DNA of 64,000 nt. Source: Myxococcota bacterium (GTDB lineage Bacteria; Myxococcota_A; SURF-8). Below the pieces are notes generated by a model. It was given only the letters and a program-made list of their open reading frames with translations, did not search any database and had not been told where the DNA came from. Shown piece by piece: positions 1 to 6,789 of this stretch. The stretch covers positions 640,001 through 704,000 of the forward strand of contig CAXXQS010000002.1 of the NCBI GenBank assembly GCA_963674735.2, read 5' to 3'. The translations under genes were made by a program, and so were the position numbers. Within the stretch, counting starts at the first letter, position 1; each line of letters opens with the position of its first letter.

Positions 1-225
1 TCGGTTGCGTCACCGTCGCTTTCGTCGCCATCGGTTTCGTCGCCGTCGCTTTCGTCGCCGTCGGTTTCGTCACCATCGGTTTCGTCGCCATCGGTTTCGT
101 CGCCATCGGTTTCGTCACCATCGGTTTCATCGCCGTCGGTTTCGTCGCCGTCGGTTTCGTCGCCATCGGTTTCGTCACCATCGGTTTCGTCGCCGTCGGT
201 TTCGTCACCATCGGTTTCATCGCCC
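1..225 (-). repeat. 15-bp tandem repeat, at least 15 units, encoding DGDE(T/S)
   Basis: Units of the form tcggtttcgtc(g/a)cc(g/a) with period 15. Most variation falls at synonymous positions of the minus-strand frame. Confidence 0.95.
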
Positions 226-464
226 TCCGGTTTTTCACCATCGGACATGTCGCCGTCGGGAAGCAGCGCATCCACTTCGCCATCGGCTTCCCAATCGCCG
301 TCCGCCACCGGCCGATCGCCGTCGTCTTCCACATCGCCATCGTTTAGCGACTCATCACCGTCGACCAGACCGCCGATGCCCGCATCAGCGCAGGCAAACA
401 ATGAAGCAGCCAGAATCCCCAGTGCAATGGCCAGCATGGCCGCATGCAACACCTTCGTCATCAT
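1..464 (-). CDS. Lipoprotein with acidic DGD-repeat stalk (5' part; continues beyond the window start)
   Basis: Not in the ORF track because it runs off the edge. The minus strand reads GGAAGGAGG-cc-ATG then MMTKVLHAAMLAIALGILAASLFA-C (lipobox), then ADAGIGGLVDGDESLNDGD... and tandem DGDET units. Confidence 0.85.
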   Translation of the reverse strand, partial: MMTKVLHAAMLAIALGILAASLFACADAGIGGLVDGDESLNDGDVEDDGDRPVADGDWEADGEVDALLPDGDMSDGEKPEGDETDGDETDGDETDGDETDGDETDGDETDGDETDGDETDGDETDGDETDGDETDGDESDGDETDGDESDGDAT

Positions 465-864
465 GGCCTCCTTCCCCACTACCATCACATAACCGATAAC
501 TTATTTTACGCAACAACGACGATTTATTAAAGGAAATAACCTTCGTTTACGGCATCGCCGTATCGACAATCAACCGAATGTCGGCTTCTGACAAGGTTGT
601 CTATGCCGGTTGTGTGAAATTAGATGAGTCCGCCGCGCCAATATTCATATCTAAATGAAAATATTACCCCCCGACCTGAGCGCGAGCTGTTTTAACTTGT
701 TTGTCAGCTGCAGGCGACCGACTTTACACGAGTTATTCGATCGTAATAGGCACACCAACAATCAGGAATAGTTTCGCGCTTTAACCACTCACAGCTAAAG
801 ATAGGGAAAATCTTCGCTTCATCGGCTGCGCCCTCTGCGGCGCAATAAGGGAAAGGGGTTGATC

Positions 865-1716
865 ATGGGCGCCATCTTTCTTACCGGAGCTACCGGTCAG
901 GTCGGCGGAGCCACCGCCCGTCTGCTGATCGAGCGCGACGCGGACGTTCGTCTGGGTGTTCGCGATCTCGACCGGGCCGAGGCATTGGGCTTGAATCCGC
1001 GCTATTGCACCACGTTTGATTACACGAGACCGGAAACGTACGCGACCGCTTTCGAGGGTATCGATACCCTGTTTCTCGTCACGCCGCCCGCCGATACGCA
1101 AGCCGACCGAACCGTCATTCCGGCGGTGAAAGCCGCCATGGAGGCCGGGGTGGAACGCTTCGTGGTGCACACCGCCATGGGCGTCGACCTGGACGACAAC
1201 CTGCCCATGCGCCGCATCGAGCGCTTCGTCGAAGACACGGGCCGCTGTTACACGCACATCCGGCCCAACTGGTTCATGAACAACACGCTTTCCTGGCTGG
1301 CGGGCGGCATCAAGAACGGCGACATCTTCCTGCCGGCGGGCGAGGGCAAAACCAGTTTCATCGATGTCCAAAACATCGCGCAGGTGGCGGCTCGCGCACT
1401 CACACAACCGGGCCACCACGGCAAAGCCTACACACTCACCGGCCCCGAAGCCCTGAGCTACCATGACGTGGCGAGCATTCTGAGCGAAGCGCTCGGCCGT
1501 CTGGTGCGCTACACGCCGATCAGCGACGAGCAGGCGCAAACGGCCTTCACGAGCATGGGGTATTCCGACCAGGCCGCCGCGTTCATGCTGAATCTGTTCG
1601 CCGTGGTGCGTGAGGGTTACACCGCCCCCATCACCGACACAGTGAAGACCGTCACCGGGCGCGATCCGACCCGCTTCATGCAGTTCGCCTATGCCAACCG
1701 GAAGGCCTGGGAGTAA
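865..1716 (+). CDS. NmrA-like / atypical SDR NAD(P)H-binding oxidoreductase
   Basis: N-terminal TGATGQVG Rossmann motif, RPNWFMNN, and the YTLTGPEALS pattern typical of the family. ATG at 865 follows GAAAGGGG. Confidence 0.85.
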   Translation: MGAIFLTGATGQVGGATARLLIERDADVRLGVRDLDRAEALGLNPRYCTTFDYTRPETYATAFEGIDTLFLVTPPADTQADRTVIPAVKAAMEAGVERFVVHTAMGVDLDDNLPMRRIERFVEDTGRCYTHIRPNWFMNNTLSWLAGGIKNGDIFLPAGEGKTSFIDVQNIAQVAARALTQPGHHGKAYTLTGPEALSYHDVASILSEALGRLVRYTPISDEQAQTAFTSMGYSDQAAAFMLNLFAVVREGYTAPITDTVKTVTGRDPTRFMQFAYANRKAWE

Positions 1717-1740
1717 AGGCGGCCGCGATCCGTTTCCTTC

Positions 1741-1768
1741 GTCGGTCTTTACGGACCGGCGTTTTTTT
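1741..1768 (+). terminator. Intrinsic terminator of the SDR gene
   Basis: GTCGGTC-tttacg-GACCGGC hairpin followed by a T7 tract. Confidence 0.65.
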
Positions 1769-2520
1769 CGGGGCGAAGTCGGTTATCCATCCGACAATCG
1801 CGCGTGGCTGTGTTTCGAAACTGAAACCACGATCGTGCATCCCAACCGGCTACGTTTTGCGCGTTTTGCGCCTTAGGGTTCCATCGCCGCGCGCGACGAT
1901 TTGTGTCGAATCGGCACATTTCAGAGGACAGCCCCTAGAATGGCCGCTTTGCCGGGGGGTCGCTCAGGACGCTCAATGCGCTCGTTGCGCCGGTTTTGGG
2001 GGGCCTTTTTCGGTTTTCGCGAAATCATTGGGTTTTTCGGCGCGCCGTTTTTTGGCAGGATCATTTCCCATCGGGTAGCTAGGATTGCCGTAATACGTCA
2101 CATCCAACGGCATGGTTTTTATCCGATGCGTCATTCCCACCGCTACCAACAACGTTTCTCGGCGACACTAATAACATATTTTAACTAATGATTTCAAGTG
2201 GCTGGAGCGAGCACCGCGCGCTTGCATGCGCCCGGCAGCGCAGCCACAGTTTGATCCGTTTGCGCCATATATACTTCACCACTAACTATACTTAATATAT
2301 TACACTTTCTGTAATAGTTATGCCCGCCTAAGTCGAGGCGATATGCCTTTGATATTACTGGGGAATCTCCAATTTCGAACAGACCACCCCGACGGCGGCC
2401 GCCCAATCGCCCGGAAATGCGCTCTTTCACGTGTATTATCATAACGTTGCAGATCAGGGGGCGGCAAATCCGCACTCCCGCCTCCCTCCCAGCCCCGCAA
2501 CTCCGCCCCACGCCCCAAAT

Positions 2521-2545
2521 GAAAAAGCCGGTCGAAAGACCGGCT
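2521..2545 (-). terminator. Intrinsic terminator after exbD
   Basis: The minus strand reads AGCCGGTC-tttc-GACCGGCT-TTTTC. Confidence 0.75.
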
Positions 2546-2587
2546 GGAGCACAGTGTGTATCATCTGTTCTACTTGGTGATGACCGC

Positions 2588-3130
2588 TCAAGGTCGGATG
2601 GACGCCTCCGCCTCATCACCGGGGGGCGCCGCCGGGACCGGTGCCTGGGCCGCGTCGGGATCGACGTTGAAGGCGTATTTCAAAATCCCCACCCGTCGCG
2701 CGCGGTCGATGAAATGGATGACGCGCCCATGGGAAACGGCCGTATCGGCCTGGATCACCATGGTCAGTTCGTTGCGCGCCATCAGCGTGAGTTGATTGTC
2801 GCTCACCGACCGCCCTTCCGCGTCGAGCCGCTGGGCTTTGTCGTGTTTGAACTCGTCGAGCAACTGCCGGAATTCCCCGTCGATGCCCTCCGCCTGCACG
2901 GCGCGTTCGCCGATCGCCACGGAACCGTCTTTTCCCAACAGCAGTGAAAACTGGTTGCGCTCCTTGGCCTCGCCCGTGTCGGCTTTGGGCAGCTCCATGT
3001 CGATGGCCGGTTTCACCATGAAGTTGGCCGTGACCATGAAGATGATGAGTAGTACCAAAACGATATCCACCAGCGGAACGACGTTGATGCCGGTGATGGC
3101 GTCGTCGTAATTGTCAACGGCGTGTGCCAT
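2588..3130 (-). CDS. exbD: ExbD/TolR-family biopolymer transport protein
   Basis: INVVPLVDIVLVLLIIFMVT transmembrane motif with the essential Asp, and C-terminal IQADTAVSHGRV. RBS AAGGAG. Confidence 0.9.
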   Translation of the reverse strand: MAHAVDNYDDAITGINVVPLVDIVLVLLIIFMVTANFMVKPAIDMELPKADTGEAKERNQFSLLLGKDGSVAIGERAVQAEGIDGEFRQLLDEFKHDKAQRLDAEGRSVSDNQLTLMARNELTMVIQADTAVSHGRVIHFIDRARRVGILKYAFNVDPDAAQAPVPAAPPGDEAEASIRP

Positions 3131-3140
3131 GATGATCTCC

Positions 3141-3797
3141 TTACGCGGCGAGCTTCGTCGGCGGTTCGCGGTTTTCGCCGGGTTCTTCGATGAAGGCCAG
3201 CAGCGTTTTTTCGAGCTGGGCGATGTTGCTCATGATCTGCTTCTGGCGGTTTTTGAAATAGTTGAAAAACACCACCGCCGGTATCGCCACCAAAAGCCCG
3301 ACGGCCGTCGCCACCAACGCCTCGGCGATGCCGCCCATCACCACGGACGGTCCGCCCTGCGCATTGAAAGCCAGATCGTGAAAGGCCTTGATGATGCCGA
3401 GCACCGTTCCCAAAAGACCGATGAACGGCGCATTCGAGCCGACCGTGCCCAGCACGATCAAGCCGCGATCGAGCTGCTGCTGCTCGCGCATCGTTTGGGA
3501 TTCCATCAGTTCGCGCACCACCGTCGCGCCCTTGTCGAAATTGGCCAGGCCCTCAGCCGCCACCCGCGATTCGGCGGTGGATTTTTCCTGGGCGCTCGCC
3601 AGCGCCTGCTCGCGCTCGCCCGCATTGAGGCGCGTGACCAGCTCGGCGCTGAAGGCTCCCGTATCGAGGCGATTTTTACGGTAGGTCCAAAACCGTTCGA
3701 CGACCACCGTCACGCTGATCAAACTGATCGCGATCATGAGATATAAAATCGGCTCGCCGCCGATGAGCGCCAGTTCCAACAGTCGATCCACCATCAT
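3141..3797 (-). CDS. exbB: MotA/TolQ/ExbB proton-channel protein
   Basis: APFIGLLGTVLGII...GIAEALVATAVGLLVAIPA signature. Start ATG at 3797 follows AAGGAG. Confidence 0.9.
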   Translation of the reverse strand: MMVDRLLELALIGGEPILYLMIAISLISVTVVVERFWTYRKNRLDTGAFSAELVTRLNAGEREQALASAQEKSTAESRVAAEGLANFDKGATVVRELMESQTMREQQQLDRGLIVLGTVGSNAPFIGLLGTVLGIIKAFHDLAFNAQGGPSVVMGGIAEALVATAVGLLVAIPAVVFFNYFKNRQKQIMSNIAQLEKTLLAFIEEPGENREPPTKLAA

Positions 3798-3857
3798 CGT
3801 CTCCTTGTGCAAGCCCGCCCGTTCGCGGGGGTTGATCCAGTCGCGGCCCGTGGGCCG

Positions 3858-4082
3858 TTACAAGCATGAACACCGCGGCCTGAATAATCTGTTACCGGCA
3901 CGCGGCAGTTTTCGCAGCCCGTTCGGGCGGGCCGGTTTGCGACGCGGTCGCCAACTCGCCAGAACGATGAGCCCGAGAACCAGGGCGGCGATCAGCGCGA
4001 CCCCCGACACTATCGCCGCAAACAACCAGAGCAGCAGATCCGGTCCAAGAAATTCAAGCAGGGGTTCCATCCACGTCGGCAT
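3858..4082 (-). CDS. Small single-pass membrane protein (74 aa)
   Basis: Strong RBS AAGGAGG 5 nt before the ATG. Hydrophobic segment LLLWLFAAIVSGVALIAALVLGLIVLA, then a basic tail ending in CSCL. Confidence 0.55.
   Translation of the reverse strand: MPTWMEPLLEFLGPDLLLWLFAAIVSGVALIAALVLGLIVLASWRPRRKPARPNGLRKLPRAGNRLFRPRCSCL
3867..3896 (-). promoter_or_regulatory. Putative ECF promoter, copy A (before exbB-exbD)
   Basis: GGTAACAG-attattcaggccg(13)-CGGTGTTCA, about 70 nt before the exbB ATG. Confidence 0.75.
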
Positions 4083-4206
4083 GGGAGCCTCCTTTCCGGC
4101 GGGCTTGAGCTCGCGTTTCAGCGGCGGCGAATCCGGTTGGCGGTCGCCGTTCGTCTTGGTTTCAACAGCCCGCGAAACACAAAGGTCGTAAAACCAATAC
4201 AACTCT

Positions 4207-4240
4207 AAAAAAGGGGGGCCGCGGGACAAAGTCCCGCGGC
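4207..4240 (-). terminator. Intrinsic terminator after the beta-barrel gene
   Basis: The minus strand reads GCCGCGGGAC-ttt-GTCCCGCGGC, then CCCC and T6. Confidence 0.65.
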
Positions 4241-4259
4241 TAGGGAAGGACAGGAAGGT

Positions 4260-5201
4260 CTAGTTGAAGGTCGCGGAGAAGAGAAGCATCCCGCCGCCCT
4301 GGTGGACGGTCAGGTCATCGCTTTTGGCATAGCCGTAGGTGCCGCGCGCCGCCAGGCCCAGGCCCCAGTTGTCGCTCACCCACCACTCCTTGCCGACCGA
4401 AAGGCCCAGGCTCACGCCGGGCATCGTCTCATACTCGTGCTCACCGTCGTCGTACATATTGAGCACGGTGAGGCTGTGACCGACATCGGCGGACAGATAA
4501 ACGTTAACCGGCATGAAGTAATAGGTGAGGCCCAAGGAAAAGCTGAGGCTGGTGAAGTCACGCTGGTAATGATCATGATCTTCGAAGAGCGTACCCCAAA
4601 GCCAGAAGTCGCCGTGCAAAATCAGGTTTTCGGTCACCGCGCCGCCGAGGGACAACCCGAAGGCCGAGGTCGGGCCGCTTTCCTCGGGGTCTTTGACATC
4701 CGGGTGATACGTCGGCGCGTCGGTTGTGCCCGAAGCGTTGAACGTCCCGAAACCCAGCCCCGGCGTCAGACGCAGGAAAAAGCCGTCGTGGGTATGCACG
4801 CCCACCGGCTCTTCCTCCGGCTCCTCGCTGATCGTGGCATCTTCCTCGCTCGTGTCCTGAGAAACGTTGAGCTTGGCCATTTCGGCTTCCGCTTTGGCTT
4901 TTTCGGCTTCGGCCTGCGCTTTTTTAGCTTCCGCTTTGGCGATTTCGGCCTCTAAGCGCGCCTTTTCCACTTTCAACCGCAACGCCTCGGCCTCCGGGTC
5001 GGGAGAGGTGGGAGGCGGCGGCGAGACGGCGTCAGAGGACGTCGCCTCGACCGCGCCGAGGGTGGGTGCAACCAACTCCGGCCGAGTGTCGCCTTGCGGC
5101 TCGGCCCAGGCGGAGTGAGTGCCGAAAAGAAGTAGAAAGGCTAGAATAGCCTGAGAAGCCACTCGTTTATAGATCGCTGTCGATTGTGTTCGCGTGTTCA
5201 T
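4260..5201 (-). CDS. Exported protein: Pro linker, AEAEK coiled coil and small outer-membrane beta-barrel
   Basis: RBS GGAGG. Signal peptide ends SAWA-E. Alternating amphipathic strands run from HTHDGFFLRL to the C-terminal LLFSATFN. Confidence 0.75.
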   Translation of the reverse strand: MNTRTQSTAIYKRVASQAILAFLLLFGTHSAWAEPQGDTRPELVAPTLGAVEATSSDAVSPPPPTSPDPEAEALRLKVEKARLEAEIAKAEAKKAQAEAEKAKAEAEMAKLNVSQDTSEEDATISEEPEEEPVGVHTHDGFFLRLTPGLGFGTFNASGTTDAPTYHPDVKDPEESGPTSAFGLSLGGAVTENLILHGDFWLWGTLFEDHDHYQRDFTSLSFSLGLTYYFMPVNVYLSADVGHSLTVLNMYDDGEHEYETMPGVSLGLSVGKEWWVSDNWGLGLAARGTYGYAKSDDLTVHQGGGMLLFSATFN

Positions 5202-5236
5202 GCTCTCCTCCGTGGATGACGAGTCGGCCGCTGTGA

Positions 5237-5401
5237 TCAGCCGTCTTTCCGAGTCAGGATCTTGTCGATTTCGACCTGCTCGCGCCAATTCAAATAGACA
5301 CCACGTCCCATCCAACTCGCCGAAATCAACCCGACCATCGCCAACAAAGTCGACGTGGCATCGCCCGCCAGACTGGCTGTTTGGATGAGTTGTTCGAACA
5401 T
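5237..5401 (-). CDS. Small membrane protein (54 aa)
   Basis: Perfect RBS TAAGGAGG before ATG 5401. Sequence MFEQLIQTASLAGDATSTLLAMVGLISASWMGRGVYLNWREQVEIDKILTRKDG has one hydrophobic segment. It lies directly behind two promoter motifs. Confidence 0.7.
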   Translation of the reverse strand: MFEQLIQTASLAGDATSTLLAMVGLISASWMGRGVYLNWREQVEIDKILTRKDG

Positions 5402-5448
5402 GGCGTCCTCCTTATCGGTCGGCGATGTCGATCTCGCCTTGCATGCCG

Positions 5449-5478
5449 TAAACACCGCCGAGGAGAGAATGTGTCACT
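5449..5478 (-). promoter_or_regulatory. Putative ECF promoter, copy B
   Basis: AGTGACAC-attctctcctcgg(13)-CGGTGTTTA, 48 nt before ATG 5401. Confidence 0.7.
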
Positions 5479-5519
5479 CTTTTCATTTTTCATCGTGCCC
5501 ATGCACGCGGAAAGGAAGA

Positions 5520-5536
5520 AGCAAAGGACGTGCCAA
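5520..5536 (-). promoter_or_regulatory. Sigma-54 (-24/-12) promoter
   Basis: TTGGCACGtcctTTGCT matches the TGGCACG-N4-TTGCW consensus exactly. It is intergenic and correctly oriented. Confidence 0.7.
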
Positions 5537-5755
5537 CTTTGTCGTATTGTTTACAGCCCTACCTGGAGCGGCCTGGCAAACACCGAAGCGTTTGGAGCGC
5601 CGCCCGCAAAAGCACCATTCTGGGATAGAATTCTCGTGATGGTTTGAAATCACAGACAAAAACGGGATGACGCCAAAATGGTATAGCTCATTTTGACGCA
5701 ACGCTTGTCAAGTGGCGGGAATGGGTCTGACAGAAATGTCCGACTCAGACACCAG

Positions 5756-6505
5756 CTAGGCGTCCAACAGAAAGCGGTAGGGGATGACGATCTGCACCGG
5801 AACGGGAGTGTCGCCTTTGTAGCCGGGAACGAAACGCGATTGTTTGGCGGCCTTGACGGCGGCGCGGGCCAGTTGACGATGGGAAGCCTTGAGCACCTTG
5901 ATGCGCTTGACGCGACCGTCCACGCCGATCAGGACGCGCAGTTCCACGAAGCCTTCCTCGCCCTCGCGTCGCAGCTCGGGCGGATACAACGGTTCCACCT
6001 TGTATTTGAACGAGGGGGTGCGGGAGAGTTCGTAAAGCGGCACCGGCGCGGGCTGCCCCTTCGCTTTCGTGGCGGGCAGAGGCGCGACCGCTTCTACCGG
6101 CGTGGGCTTGGTTTCCATGGTCTTTTCAAGCGTGTTGCCGACCCGCACCGCGACCGTCCCCGTGCCCTCCGCCACCGATTCTTTCGTCACACCGAAAACC
6201 GGCGGCGGCGGCGGCGTGTCGGCCTTGGGTGGCGGCGTTTGACGATTGGCACGCGGCGGTCGGGTCGGAAGCTTGGGTTTCGGTTTGGGTTTGGGCGGCG
6301 CTTCCACCGGCTTGATTTCCGGCGGTGCGTCAGGCGGCGGCGGCGGCGCAATCAAGGTCACCCGACTCGGTCCCGGCGGCGGCGGTGCGGCGGCGGGCAC
6401 GTATTCACCGACCCACAGAAATCCGACATGCAGCCCCAGCGACACGATCAGCGGCAACCAGATAAACGAGCGCTTGGGAGACGTAACCGAGATGCGAATC
6501 ATCAC
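5756..6505 (-). CDS. tonB: Energy transducer TonB
   Basis: N-terminal transmembrane segment with S-x3-H (VSLGLH), Pro/Lys-rich linker, and TonB-C domain (YPPELRREGEEGFV...RFVPG...PV). RBS GGAGG; start GTG 6505 or ATG 6502. Confidence 0.9.
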   Translation of the reverse strand: MMIRISVTSPKRSFIWLPLIVSLGLHVGFLWVGEYVPAAAPPPPGPSRVTLIAPPPPPDAPPEIKPVEAPPKPKPKPKLPTRPPRANRQTPPPKADTPPPPPVFGVTKESVAEGTGTVAVRVGNTLEKTMETKPTPVEAVAPLPATKAKGQPAPVPLYELSRTPSFKYKVEPLYPPELRREGEEGFVELRVLIGVDGRVKRIKVLKASHRQLARAAVKAAKQSRFVPGYKGDTPVPVQIVIPYRFLLDA

Positions 6506-6562
6506 AAACCTCCGCCGATATCAAAGGCCGCCCGTCCCGCCGGGACAGGGCGCGTTAACGGA

Positions 6563-6592
6563 TGAACACCGCCGGGCCCGGAAACTGTCACC
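6563..6592 (-). promoter_or_regulatory. Putative ECF promoter, copy C (before tonB)
   Basis: GGTGACAG-tttccgggcccgg(13)-CGGTGTTCA, about 58 nt before the start. Confidence 0.75.
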
Positions 6593-6684
6593 GCTGCCGC
6601 AAACGAAAAATAAACCGATATGAAATCAATTAGATACAAAGAAACGAAATCGATCTCGCGCCCCCCGGATCTCTCAGAAAAGCG

Positions 6685-6713
6685 TTGAGTAAAAAACAAT
6701 ACCATGCTAGGAT
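6685..6713 (+). promoter_or_regulatory. Sigma-70-like promoter of the Cys-rich lipoprotein gene
   Basis: TTGAGT-N17-TAGGAT with an extended TG. Confidence 0.5.
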
Positions 6714-6789
6714 TCATCGATATTCGGAAGTAGGTTCCGGCTGAAAACGCCCCCTAAATCATGAGATTCGAGAAGTTGGCGAGGTAGTT

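Noticed and set aside
5-499. Arg/His-rich 164-aa plus-strand ORF (protamine-like appearance)
   Set aside because: It is the antisense shadow of the DGDET repeat. The minus frame has the RBS, the lipobox and the synonymous variation.
4162-4191. Possible fifth ECF motif before the 74-aa gene (minus strand TACGACCT...GGCTGTTGA)
   Set aside because: Only GAC and TGTT match, and the spacing is one base short.
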